Source: an uncultured Eubacteriales bacterium (GTDB lineage: Bacteria > Bacillota > Clostridia > TANB77 > CAG-508). From it: DNA of 64,000 bases. Positions within the stretch are counted from its first letter, which is position 1, and each line of letters opens with the position of its first letter. The position numbers and the translations under genes were made by a program. Below the pieces are notes generated by a model, which saw nothing but the letters and a program-made list of their open reading frames with translations, did no database searches and was not told where the DNA came from. Where the stretch lies: assembly GCA_902492015.1 (NCBI GenBank), contig CABUJR010000006.1:50421-114420 (forward strand), written 5' to 3'. This document shows positions 30,531 to 41,279 of the stretch, piece by piece.

Positions 30531-30751
30531 ATATTATCTCCGTTCTTAAAAATTATTAATTAATAGTATATTGCTAAAAGTTATTTTAGTCAATAAATTA
30601 AATTTTATATATTAATCCCAAATAGATATGCTACAACTAATTTGAAAATGAATTACCAAATATTTATAGATTTTCTATAAAATTATATAGACAAAAGATA
30701 GATTTTCGTATAAAATATAAATTGTTAATTTAATAACAGAAAGGATTCAAT

Positions 30752-31972
30752 ATGGAAAATAGTACAATAGATGAAGAATTAGATGAGAGTGTAAAAGTAG
30801 TTAGAAAATCAAGAAGAGCAAGAATTCAAGAAGAAGAAAAGAAAGAAGCAAGTAAAAGAAAAAATTCTAAAAAAGGAAAATCAAATAAAAAAGAAAAAAG
30901 AAATAAAAGTTCAAAAATAAATATAGTATTTACAGTTTTATTTTCTTTAGGTAGTGTTGGTATAATAACTGTACTTGTATTATTATATGGACCATTTAAT
31001 GGCTTTAGAGAATGGCTTGTAACTACTGCAATGACAACAATGACACATCAATATTTTGCAACATGGTTTTATGATGATGAAACAATTCAATACATATTAG
31101 ATAAAAATAGAGTAGTAGAAATTGATGAAACCACAGATGTTAATTCAATAAACTTTGCAAATTCAAATAAAGTAACAGAATATGAAAATGAATATGAAAG
31201 AGCTATTCTAGAAAGAGATGAAAATAATAATGATTATAAAATAATAGAAATTTCAGAAAAATCTTTTGATGGATACTTAGTTGCTGTATATGATCCATCA
31301 AGAATACATACTGTTGTAACAGAAAATTTAGGTAAATCAGGACAATATTTAACTACAATGGCTAAGAACAATGATGCTTTGATTGCTATTAATGGAGGAG
31401 GTTTTGATGATCCAAATTTTAATAGTACAGGAGGTTCACCACTTGGTATAACAGTGTGTAATGGTGAATATGTAACAACAAAATCTTATGCTGGTTCTGG
31501 AGGAATAATTGGCTTTACAGAAGATAATAAATTAGTTTTAGGAAAAATGTCTGTTAGTGAAGCAAAAAAACAAGGAATAAGAGATGCAGTAACTTTTGGT
31601 CCATTTTTAATAGTAAATGGAAAACCATCAGCAGTTTTAGGAAATGGTGGTTGGGGTGATGCCCCTAGAACAGCAATAGCTCAAAGACAAGATGGTATAG
31701 TACTATTTTTAGTATTAAATGGTAGAAAAGCTGGAAAAGTAGGTGCAGATATGAATGACTTAATAGATATACTAGAAAAATATGGAGCATATAATGCAGC
31801 TAACTTAGATGGTGGAACTTCTAGTGTTTTAGTTGTTAATGATGTAATAGTTAATGACCCTATAGATAGTACTGGTGCACATAAAACAAGACCAATTTCT
31901 ACAGGATTTATAGTAACCAAAGACGAAAGTGATGATAGTGATCATTCTTTAGTTGAAGAAAAATTAAAATAA
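30752..31972 (+). CDS. Phosphodiester glycosidase (NAGPA/DUF2233) family membrane-anchored protein
   Basis: Lys-rich N-terminus plus TM helix. GGGFDDPNFNSTGGSPLGITVCNGEYV motif. Confidence 0.55.
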   Translation: MENSTIDEELDESVKVVRKSRRARIQEEEKKEASKRKNSKKGKSNKKEKRNKSSKINIVFTVLFSLGSVGIITVLVLLYGPFNGFREWLVTTAMTTMTHQYFATWFYDDETIQYILDKNRVVEIDETTDVNSINFANSNKVTEYENEYERAILERDENNNDYKIIEISEKSFDGYLVAVYDPSRIHTVVTENLGKSGQYLTTMAKNNDALIAINGGGFDDPNFNSTGGSPLGITVCNGEYVTTKSYAGSGGIIGFTEDNKLVLGKMSVSEAKKQGIRDAVTFGPFLIVNGKPSAVLGNGGWGDAPRTAIAQRQDGIVLFLVLNGRKAGKVGADMNDLIDILEKYGAYNAANLDGGTSSVLVVNDVIVNDPIDSTGAHKTRPISTGFIVTKDESDDSDHSLVEEKLK

Positions 31973-32216
31973 TGTTATAATAATTTTGTTTTCCCAAAAT
32001 ATTAATATAAAAATGATTAGAAGGATATTGTTTTTTTCAATATCCTTTTAGTCTATATATAAAAGAAACTTATTTTTGCAAAGAATATTAATTTTTATAA
32101 CAAAATTAAGTATAAAACCTTTATTTAATTGTATTTGAAAATTTTCTATAGATATTGATTTATATATTTTTTTAAAATATAATAATAAAGAAATTGAAAT
32201 TTATTGAGGAAAAAAT

Positions 32217-33720
32217 ATGCCAGATTTTGAAATATTTAAAGGAAATACTAAAAAAATTTTAAAGATGTTTAAGCCTAAACATACATTAACTATTTTTGTA
32301 ATTTTACTTGCAATAGTTGTAGGGATTTTTTGTGCTAGTGTATTTATGTTTTATACTAGTCAACAAAAAAGTGATACTATTCAATCAGGAGTTTATATAA
32401 AAGGAATAAATGTTTCTGGTTTAACAAATGAAGAAGCAATAGCTCTTATTGAAAACGAGTTAAAAGATAAAATGGAATCACCTTTAGAATTAACCTACAA
32501 AAATAATAAATATTATTTAGAGATAGAGCAAATTGGAGCTAAATTTGATATAAAATCTTCTGTAGAATATGCTCTTTCAATAGCTAAATCTGGAGATTTT
32601 TTTAAAGATTTGCAAGAATATATATCTATATTATTAACAAATATTAACATAGAACCAAATCTTAATTATAATGATGAATCATTAACAATGTATTTGGAAA
32701 ATATTGAAGCTAACTTGCCAGATCAATTAGAAGAACCATCATACTATATTGAAGATGGAGAACTTATCATAACAAATGGAATTGATGGTGTTGGAATAGA
32801 AATGGATTCATTAAAAAAGGTAATTATTGATTCTATTTATGATTTAAGTTTTGCAGATAGTTATATGAAAATACCTACATATACAAAAAAGCCTGAACCA
32901 ATAAATGTTGAAAAAATACATGAGGAAGTTTTCAAACAAGCAGAAAATGCATATTTTACAACAGAACCTTATGCAGTTTTTGCAGATGTTGTTGGTGTAG
33001 ACTTTGATTCTGAAGTAGTAAAACAAATGATTGAAGAAGACCCATCTGCAGAAGAATATGTAACAGATTTAATATATACAACAGCAGATGTAACAGTAAA
33101 TGATTTAGGAGCTGAGGCATTTCCAGATTTACTTGCATCTTTTTCTACTAAATATTCAACTTCTAATGCGGATAGGACTACAAATCTAAGATTAGCAGCA
33201 GAAAAGATTAATGGAACAGTTGTAATGCCAGGAGAAATATTCTCATATAATACAGTTGTTGGTAAAAGAACAATAGCAGCAGGATATAAAGAAGCTGATA
33301 TATATGAAAATGGACAAGTTACTTCTGGACTTGGTGGAGGAATTTGTCAAATTTCTACTACTTTATATAATGCAGCGATTGCTGCAAACATGGAAATAGA
33401 AAGTAGAAGAAATCATATGTTTGTTCCATCTTATGCAGATGCTCGGAAAAGATGCAACAGTAGTATGGGGATCTACAGATTTTAAATTTAAAAATAGAAG
33501 AGATTATCCTGTAAAAATAGAGGCAACAGTTAGTGGTGGAATAGCTAATGTAAAATTTTATGGTTTATTAACAGATGATGAATATGATATTTATATAGGT
33601 ACTAGAGTAAAGAAAAATACATCAAATTCACTTGTCGTAGAATCTTATAGAGTCTACGAAAGAGATGGTGTTGAAGTAAAAAGAGATAAATTATATACAG
33701 ATACATATAAAAAACATTAG
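32217..33720 (+). pseudogene. VanW-family protein, split by a 1-nt frameshift near 33444 (ORFs 32217-33485 and 33421-33720)
   Basis: The VanW domain (GEIFSYN...GGGICQISTTLYNA...NHMFVPSYADA) continues in the +1 frame (GKDATVVWGSTDFKFKN). Removing the C at 33444 restores a single frame. Confidence 0.8.
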
Positions 33721-33794
33721 AATTTAGAAACTAATGTTAGTATTTAGCAAAGTTTTAGAGTGTAAAATTACTGTATTTTTATAAAGAGGTAAAG

Positions 33795-34448
33795 ATGAGA
33801 ATAAGAAGAAAAAAATGGGCAAAAGAAGAATTAGAAAATTCTAAGTTTTACATAGATAAACCAGAAGAATTTAAAGGAAAATGGAAAAATAAATTTAAAA
33901 ATGAAGCACCTCTTCATATAGAATTAGGATGTGGAAAAGGATCTTTTATTGCAGAACTTGCTTCTACTAATAAAACTATAAATTATATAGCTATTGATAT
34001 GATAGAAGCTATGCTTGGATTATCAAAAAGAAATATAGAAAAAGCTTATAATTATGAATATCCTGAAAATTTATTTTTAATTAGACAAAATGTTGAGCAA
34101 ATTTTCAATGTTTTTGACAAAACAGATTTAGTAGAAAGAATTTATATAAATTTTTGTAATCCTTGGCCTAAAAAGAAGCATAATAAGAAAAGATTAACAC
34201 ATATAAGGCAATTAGAAAATTATAAGAAATTTTTAGTATCAGGTGGAGAGATATATTTTAAAACAGATTCAGATGAATTATTTGAAGCAAGTATAGAATA
34301 TTTAGAAACTTCAGGTTTTGAAATAATTAATAAAACTTATGACTTGCATGAAGAAAATATATTTGATAAAAATATTGAAACAGAACATGAAAAAATGTTT
34401 TCTGAAGAAGGGATAAAAATTAAAGCTTTAATCGCTAAATTTAATTAA
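33795..34448 (+). CDS. trmB: tRNA (guanine46-N7)-methyltransferase
   Basis: HIELGCGKGSFIAELA SAM-binding motif; TrmB length. Confidence 0.85.
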   Translation: MRIRRKKWAKEELENSKFYIDKPEEFKGKWKNKFKNEAPLHIELGCGKGSFIAELASTNKTINYIAIDMIEAMLGLSKRNIEKAYNYEYPENLFLIRQNVEQIFNVFDKTDLVERIYINFCNPWPKKKHNKKRLTHIRQLENYKKFLVSGGEIYFKTDSDELFEASIEYLETSGFEIINKTYDLHEENIFDKNIETEHEKMFSEEGIKIKALIAKFN

Positions 34449-34539
34449 TTTAAGTTATCTAATTTTAAAATAATTTAAGATTATTTTAAGGTTAAATATA
34501 TAAAATTCTTATGAATATAAAATAAAGGAGGAAAAGACT

Positions 34540-35670
34540 TTGATAGAGGTAAAAAATGTTACTAAAAAATATGGTAATTTCTATGCAGTTAGAAATATTA
34601 ATTTCGAAGTCAAAGATGGAGAAATAGTTGGATTTCTTGGTCGTAATGGTGCAGGAAAATCTACAACTATGAACATGATTACAGGTTTTATTGAACCAAC
34701 AGAAGGAGAAATCATTGTTGGTGGCTATAATATTGATCAAAAACCTAAAAAAGTAAAATCTCAAATAGGCTATATGCCAGAAGGGACACCTTTATATTCA
34801 GATTTAACAGTTAAAGAATTTGTTAAATATATGGCTGAATTGAAACAAGTTCCTAGAAAACAAATTAAAGAAGCTGTAAAAAATGCCATTGAAAAAACAG
34901 GTCTTGAAAAAGTTCAAGATAATTTAACAAAGAATTTATCTAGAGGATATAAACAAAGGGTAAGTATGGCTGGAGCAATAGTAGGAGATCCTAAGATTTT
35001 AATTTTGGATGAACCAACTGTTGGATTAGACCCAAAACAAGTAATAGAAATAAGAGAGTTAATCAAATCTTTTGGAAAAGACCATACAGTATTAATTAGT
35101 TCACATATACTTTCAGAAGTAAGCCAATTATGTGAAAAAGTAATTATTATAGATAAAGGTGAAATAGTTGCTGTTGATACACCAGAACATTTGGAAAAAG
35201 AAACTTCAGATATAAAAGTTATAAAAGTAACTGTTGATGATATGAATGATAAGTTCACAGAAATAAAAAATGATATTAAAGAAATTGTTGATATAGTTCT
35301 TGATAAGAAAAATGAAGATGAAACTAAAGAATATACAGTAAAAACATCTAAAAAAGCTGATATTAGAAAAAATATTTTCTCTGTGTGTGCTAAGAACAAT
35401 ATTATTATATTAGAAATGAAAGAAGAAGAGCTTTCTTTGGAAAGTGCATTTATAAAACTTGTTGAAGATAGACCAGAATACAGTCAAAAAGAAATTAAGA
35501 AAATGCAATATGAAAAGGAAATTGAAGAATTAAGAGAAGAAGAAAATAGCATAAAAGAAGAAAAAGAATTTATAAAACAAGCTAAAAAAGAAGAAAAAGC
35601 TAGAAAGAAAGCTCAAAAAGAGACAAAAAAAGAGGCAAAGAAAGAAGAGAAAAAAGGAGGGAATATTTAA
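34540..35670 (+). CDS. ABC transporter ATP-binding protein with Lys/Glu-rich C-terminal extension
   Basis: Walker A GRNGAGKST, LSRGYKQR signature, Walker B ILILDEP. TTG start with RBS aggagga. Confidence 0.85.
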   Translation: MIEVKNVTKKYGNFYAVRNINFEVKDGEIVGFLGRNGAGKSTTMNMITGFIEPTEGEIIVGGYNIDQKPKKVKSQIGYMPEGTPLYSDLTVKEFVKYMAELKQVPRKQIKEAVKNAIEKTGLEKVQDNLTKNLSRGYKQRVSMAGAIVGDPKILILDEPTVGLDPKQVIEIRELIKSFGKDHTVLISSHILSEVSQLCEKVIIIDKGEIVAVDTPEHLEKETSDIKVIKVTVDDMNDKFTEIKNDIKEIVDIVLDKKNEDETKEYTVKTSKKADIRKNIFSVCAKNNIIILEMKEEELSLESAFIKLVEDRPEYSQKEIKKMQYEKEIEELREEENSIKEEKEFIKQAKKEEKARKKAQKETKKEAKKEEKKGGNI

Positions 35671-35673
35671 AAA

Positions 35674-36354
35674 ATGTGGTCAGTAATTAAAAAAGAACTA
35701 AAAAGCTATATATTATCTCCAATAGGATATATTTTTATAGGACTATTTTTAATAATGTTTAGCATATTTTTCTATTTAACTATATATCAATCTCAAATTG
35801 TTAATTTTGAATATTTATTTTATAATGGTGCAACAATTTTAACTTTTATAACACCAATTTTAACAATGAGAATGTTTGCAGAAGAAAGAAAAAATGGAAC
35901 AGAACAATTATTATTAACTTCACCTAGAAGTATTACTTCAATAGTTTTAGGAAAATTTATTGCAGCTGCTATAATAATGTTTGTAACAGAACTATGTACT
36001 TTTATGTACTTTGGAATTTTAAAATATTTTGGAAATCCATCTCTAATAGTAGCAATTAATACATTAGCAGGATTTTTCCTATTAAGTTTAGCATACATTT
36101 CTTTTGGTATGTTTGCTTCTAGTTTAACAGAAAATCAAATAGTTGCTTCTGTAATTACAATAGGTGTATTTATTGGAATGTGGTTTTTACCAGGTATTAA
36201 TGAAATATTTGGATTATTTTCTTTAATGGATAAATTTGAAAAATATAGCTATGGATTAATTTCAATTCAAGATGTTATAACATTTGTTTCATTTACTTTA
36301 ATGTTTATACTTCTTACAATAATCACATTACAAAGAAGAAAGAGTATAAAATAG
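35674..36354 (+). CDS. ABC-2 type permease
   Basis: 6-TM permease immediately downstream of the ATPase. Confidence 0.75.
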   Translation: MWSVIKKELKSYILSPIGYIFIGLFLIMFSIFFYLTIYQSQIVNFEYLFYNGATILTFITPILTMRMFAEERKNGTEQLLLTSPRSITSIVLGKFIAAAIIMFVTELCTFMYFGILKYFGNPSLIVAINTLAGFFLLSLAYISFGMFASSLTENQIVASVITIGVFIGMWFLPGINEIFGLFSLMDKFEKYSYGLISIQDVITFVSFTLMFILLTIITLQRRKSIK

Positions 36355-36369
36355 GAGGGAGAAAGCACA

Positions 36370-37848
36370 ATGAAAAATAAAGATGAAAACAAAGTTAAAT
36401 TAAGAGAAAAAATTTCATTAACTTTTAGAAGAAAATGGCTAGTAAATGGAACAAAAACATTTTTAATAGTAGCTATAATAATTGCAGCATATATTGCATT
36501 AAATTTATGGATTAAACAATTAGATTTACCAGAAATAGATATTACTGAAAACCAAATATATACATTATCAGATGCTTCAAAAGAAGCAGTAGCAAAAGTT
36601 GATCAAGAAGTAATTATATATTGTTATGGATTTCAAGAAGATTCAACTTTTGTAGATTTATTAAAACAATATAATAAAGTAAATGATAAAATTAAATATG
36701 AAATGTTAACAGAAGAATCAAATTATGAAATGATTCAAGAACATGATTTACAAGAAGGATATACTGTTTTAATATTAAAATCAGGAGATGCTGAAAAAAT
36801 TGTAGATGCCTCAACAGATTTTACAACTTATGATTTTACAACAGGACAAAGTGTTGATACAACAGAGCAAACAATGACAAATTCAATACTTGCTTTAACT
36901 GAAGAAAATAAACCAAAAATTTATTTTGTACAAGGACATAATGAATATAAGTTAGAAGAAACAACTGTACTTACAACATATTTAACAAATGAAGCATTTG
37001 AATATGATTCTTTAAACTTAGCAACTGCAGGAGCTATACCGGATGATTGTGATATTTTAGCAATATTGTCACCAGATAAAGATATATTAGATACAGAAGC
37101 TCAAGCTATAAAAGATTATATTAATAAAGGTGGAGCAATCTATTTTTCAATGGATGTAGTATCTGAGACTGTTTCTTTACCAAATTTACAATCTGTATTA
37201 GATGAATATGGCGTATCTGTAAAAAATGGATATATATTAGAATATGATGAAGGTAAAGCAAATGAATCATCTCCTTATGTATTTATACCAGAAGTTTCAT
37301 CTACTAATGAAATTACAAGAGATATTTATTCAGATAGTAATTTATGGCTTGTTTATTCAGCAAAACTAGAATTTAAAGATGATGCAACATTAGAAAGTTT
37401 AAATGTTACTAAAGAAACATTAGTTTCTTCTTCAGATGAGGCAGCCTTTATTACAGATATATCTTCAGATATGAAAACAGCTGCACAAACAGCTGAACTT
37501 GGAAAAGCTGAAATAGGTTCTTTATTAACCAAAACAATTGGTGAAGGAGAAGATGCTAAAGAGTCAAAATTAATTATAATGGCCTCAGGAAGTTTTATTT
37601 CAGATGTAATGACTAATGGTGGATATCCTTTATCATATTTAGGAAGTAATAAAGACTTTGTTATAAATGCAATGGCTTATTTAGGAGATAAAGGAAATAA
37701 CCTAACAATAAGAAAAGATATGGCAAATTCAACTTATTTACCAACTGAATCACAAGATAGAATTGTTCTAACAATTATATTTGTAATTCCTGTATTAATT
37801 ATAATAGTTGGAATAGCAATTTGGACATATAGAACTAAAAGAAAATAA
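36370..37848 (+). CDS. GldG-like ABC transporter auxiliary protein
   Basis: N- and C-terminal TM anchors around a large extracytoplasmic domain. Operon with the ABC-2 genes. Confidence 0.65.
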   Translation: MKNKDENKVKLREKISLTFRRKWLVNGTKTFLIVAIIIAAYIALNLWIKQLDLPEIDITENQIYTLSDASKEAVAKVDQEVIIYCYGFQEDSTFVDLLKQYNKVNDKIKYEMLTEESNYEMIQEHDLQEGYTVLILKSGDAEKIVDASTDFTTYDFTTGQSVDTTEQTMTNSILALTEENKPKIYFVQGHNEYKLEETTVLTTYLTNEAFEYDSLNLATAGAIPDDCDILAILSPDKDILDTEAQAIKDYINKGGAIYFSMDVVSETVSLPNLQSVLDEYGVSVKNGYILEYDEGKANESSPYVFIPEVSSTNEITRDIYSDSNLWLVYSAKLEFKDDATLESLNVTKETLVSSSDEAAFITDISSDMKTAAQTAELGKAEIGSLLTKTIGEGEDAKESKLIIMASGSFISDVMTNGGYPLSYLGSNKDFVINAMAYLGDKGNNLTIRKDMANSTYLPTESQDRIVLTIIFVIPVLIIIVGIAIWTYRTKRK

Positions 37849-37877
37849 AAAAGCATAAAATAAAACATGCATATTTG

Positions 37878-37911
37878 CTGAGATTGAATTTATTCAATCT
37901 CAGTTTTTTTC
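37878..37911 (+). terminator. Terminator after ABC operon
   Basis: ctgagattgaa / ttcaatctcag hairpin followed by ttttttt. Confidence 0.75.
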
Positions 37912-38349
37912 TTATATAATAAAAAAAATAGTAAAAAAGTCCTCTAAACTTCTTATTATATAATGGTTTCATAAAATATTATACATGAATTTTATAAACA
38001 ATAAATATTCTTATTTAATTCTTAATTTTTTATTAATTTTACTTAAAATTACTATAAAATATAAGCTTAAAAGTGCCTATTTTACAGCATTTTTAAAAAT
38101 TTTTAAATTAAGATATAAGAAAAAGAGAAAAAACGAGATATAATGAGATGATTTACAAAGAAAATGATATATTATTTGAATAATTGTTTCCAAATTTAGT
38201 ATTTTTTTCTTTTAAAAAGCTTTTTTAGGAAATTGCTTTTTATACAAAATGAGAGTATTATAGTCTTGTAGAAATGCATATATTTTCAAATCTACCCAAA
38301 TTTGAGAGTATGTACATTATTTACTATCTTTAAACAATAGGAGATTTTT

Positions 38350-39369
38350 ATGAAAAGAAAAAAGAAAAAATCAAGACCCCGAACGGTAGAAAACTTTAAT
38401 TTATTTAAAGCTGAAGCGTTCAAACATTATATTAAAGAAATGGAGGAGAGAACACAGGAGTTTACAAAAAACAATCCTAACTTATCGGATGTAAAATTTT
38501 ATTTATTCCAAACAATCAAAAATAGAGACTTATTAAGAGATATGATTTTTAATCTAACATATTTTTATGATACTAATTATACAGGAAATAAAGACTTTAT
38601 TCATATACCAGATATTAGTACTATTTTAGATAATTTGCTAAAACACCCTATAATGTTAGCTACTAGAAAAGATGAGAATAACACAGAAGAAATATTAGGA
38701 GTATGTACAGTAAAACTTGAAAGTAGTACCAATATTTCTAGTAACCCATTTTTCCCAACTAAAAATGAAAATGTTTTAATAATAAGTAATATATTAACTA
38801 AGTTAAATGCAGTAGATAAAAATGGTAATAAAGTAAAAGGAATAGGAAAAGAACTATTTAAAGCTGCAATTAGATCTGCATATAAACTAAATAAAACAAA
38901 TAAACTTAGATTAATATGTGAAGTTGACTGCAGAAATATGCAAAGTTATAGTGCTGTTTCAAAGGCAGTTATAGCCTTAAAAGATGAAGGATTAAACTTA
39001 GATTTAGCTGTTGATGGATACTATGAAATAATAGATAATACTGGAGAGTTAACAGAAGCACCTACTTTTATTTTAGAGATAGGGTTAGATAGCAATAGAG
39101 TCATATCAGACGAAAAACATGAATTTAATTATTTAGATTGTAAAGCTACAGAATTATTTTCAGATTTAAATAGTGTAATAGAAAAAAATACAAAAGAACT
39201 AAGCGAGTTTGTTAATATAAAAGACGAAAAAGTAGTTATTTACCATGAGTTAGAAGCTTTTAATGCTCTAAATGTTGAATTTAATATAGGAAATACTGCT
39301 GAAGGAAATGAAAGAGTTCCACAAATTCAAAGTCTTCAATATCAAACAGCTCAAAATGATATAAAATAA
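38350..39369 (+). CDS. Hypothetical protein with GNAT-like acetyltransferase fold
   Basis: Basic N-terminus. Central region VLIISNILT...KGIGKELFKAAIRSAY resembles GNAT motif A. Confidence 0.4.
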   Translation: MKRKKKKSRPRTVENFNLFKAEAFKHYIKEMEERTQEFTKNNPNLSDVKFYLFQTIKNRDLLRDMIFNLTYFYDTNYTGNKDFIHIPDISTILDNLLKHPIMLATRKDENNTEEILGVCTVKLESSTNISSNPFFPTKNENVLIISNILTKLNAVDKNGNKVKGIGKELFKAAIRSAYKLNKTNKLRLICEVDCRNMQSYSAVSKAVIALKDEGLNLDLAVDGYYEIIDNTGELTEAPTFILEIGLDSNRVISDEKHEFNYLDCKATELFSDLNSVIEKNTKELSEFVNIKDEKVVIYHELEAFNALNVEFNIGNTAEGNERVPQIQSLQYQTAQNDIK

Positions 39370-39391
39370 TTGTAGAAAAGAGAGAATAAAT

Positions 39392-41149
39392 ATGAATCAA
39401 GGAAAATTTAATATTTGTTTAGAAAGAATGGTTTTGAGATGCAACAAGGATAAAAAGATTAGTGCTACAAAATATCCAAAAGCATTTGGAAATAAGGAAA
39501 AAAATAATTTTATTAGAAGTGAGAATGAAGAATATATATTAAAATTAAAATCACCAACTTCTTCAAGTATATCTGAAGCATATTACAAACTTCAAGAAAT
39601 AACTAATGTTGTATATTCAGAATTATATAATTTGAAGGAAATAGTTTGGCCATTTTCTAGTTTTAATAACATAAACTTAAATAGTAAAATTACTTTATCT
39701 ATAAACAAAGCAAATTATGAAGAATTAAAAAAAGTAAATAAAGTTTTACCAGAGAAATTAGAAGATGCTTTTAAAAATTTAAAAAATGAATTTAAAAATA
39801 AAGCTTATATATTAGAAAAATTATATGGAAAATGTACAATAAAAGTTTTAAAAAATAATGTTGAATTATCTGAATTAAAAAATAATTACAAAACAAGAAT
39901 GGGAATGACTTATGATGATGTGTGCTTTTTAGTTACTTTTTTATTTAGTTTATTAGAAAAAAATGAAGCTAAATCAATAAAAGAGGAATTTAAAGTGCTT
40001 GAAAATATAAGTGAAAAATATTCCTTAAAAACTAAAGAATCTTTAAAAAATATCTTATCAGAAATTGAAAGTAAAAAATCAAGACTACAACAAGAAGCAG
40101 AATTGACAGATCAAGAAAAAGCAGATTTAATAGATAAATATATGGAAGAAGGATATGAAACAAGATATGCTCTTTTGAAATATAAGAAACTAGAAAAAGC
40201 TGCTGTTGTTTTAATAAAAGATGCTATATATCAAGGAATTGATTATAAAGTTTTAAATGAATCTAAGAGTATAGTAGAATTTGAATTAAATGGACATAAA
40301 GAGTATGTAATAGAGGGAAATAAAACAGATAGAGATACTTATATTTTTCCAATTATAACTGATGATAAATTAATTTCAAAACAAATAATGGCAGATTATG
40401 GACTAAATGTTCCAAAAGCAATTCTTCTAGATTCAGAAATGGATAAAGAAGATATTGAAGAACTTGCTAGTAAATTTTTTAATAAAACAGCAGTTATAAA
40501 ACCTAGAAATACTAACTATGGTACAGGAATAAGTGTATTTGATAGAAAAGCAAGTAGAGAAGAAATATTAACAGCTATAGAATATGCTTTTAAGTTTGAT
40601 AACAATGTTTTAATAGAAGAATTTGCAAAAGGTATGGAATATAGATTCCTAGTAATTGATGGGAAATGCCTAAGTGTTGCACATAGAAGAGCAGCAAGTG
40701 TAGTTGGAGATGGAAAATCTACTATAAAAGAATTAATGATTCAAAAAAGTAATGAATATTGGCATAGATTAGTTGGTTCTCCTTTAAAAATGGATTTGCC
40801 ATTAGAAGAACATTTAAAATCACAAGGATATAATTATGAAACAGTAATACCAGAAGGAAAAAGAGTATTTTTAAGAACAAATTCAAATTGTTCATCTGGT
40901 GGAGAAGCAGTAGATGTTACAGATGAAATGCCAAATAAATTTAAAAAAATTGCAGAAAAAGCTGCTAAAGCATTTGATGCTAAAATTTGTGGAGTAGATA
41001 TTATAGTTGAAGATTTCAAAAAAGATAACTATTCTATAGTCGAGATAAATGATAATCCAGGATATTCGATTAGTGAATGGCCTTATGAAGGAAAAGAACA
41101 AAAAATAGGTTTAGGTATATTTAAACTTTTAGGATTAGTACAAGAATAG
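39392..41149 (+). CDS. ATP-grasp ligase (RimK/cyanophycin-synthetase-like C-terminal domain) fused to an uncharacterised ~330-aa N-terminal domain
   Basis: C-terminal RTNSNCSSGGEAVDVTDEMP...ICGVDII...VEINDNPGY are ATP-grasp motifs. Co-oriented with and 22 nt after the preceding gene. Confidence 0.6.
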   Translation: MNQGKFNICLERMVLRCNKDKKISATKYPKAFGNKEKNNFIRSENEEYILKLKSPTSSSISEAYYKLQEITNVVYSELYNLKEIVWPFSSFNNINLNSKITLSINKANYEELKKVNKVLPEKLEDAFKNLKNEFKNKAYILEKLYGKCTIKVLKNNVELSELKNNYKTRMGMTYDDVCFLVTFLFSLLEKNEAKSIKEEFKVLENISEKYSLKTKESLKNILSEIESKKSRLQQEAELTDQEKADLIDKYMEEGYETRYALLKYKKLEKAAVVLIKDAIYQGIDYKVLNESKSIVEFELNGHKEYVIEGNKTDRDTYIFPIITDDKLISKQIMADYGLNVPKAILLDSEMDKEDIEELASKFFNKTAVIKPRNTNYGTGISVFDRKASREEILTAIEYAFKFDNNVLIEEFAKGMEYRFLVIDGKCLSVAHRRAASVVGDGKSTIKELMIQKSNEYWHRLVGSPLKMDLPLEEHLKSQGYNYETVIPEGKRVFLRTNSNCSSGGEAVDVTDEMPNKFKKIAEKAAKAFDAKICGVDIIVEDFKKDNYSIVEINDNPGYSISEWPYEGKEQKIGLGIFKLLGLVQE

Positions 41150-41216
41150 TAGAGAATATATAAAATTTTAAATTCGTTATAAATTTTATTTTAATTGAAT
41201 ATGTAAAATATGATAT

Positions 41217-41251
41217 CCCCTTTAATTAAGTTTAAAGGGGACTTTTATTTT
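41217..41251. terminator. Bidirectional terminator
   Basis: cccctttaa...ttaaagggg hairpin flanked by T/A runs. Confidence 0.7.
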
Positions 41252-41279
41252 AGTATAAATATATATAATACTTTTATAT

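Noticed and set aside
34540-35670. Lys/Glu-rich C-terminal 80 aa of the ABC ATPase as a separate gene or mobile-element remnant
   Set aside because: It is continuous and in frame with the NBD. It looks like a coiled-coil extension rather than a separate gene.
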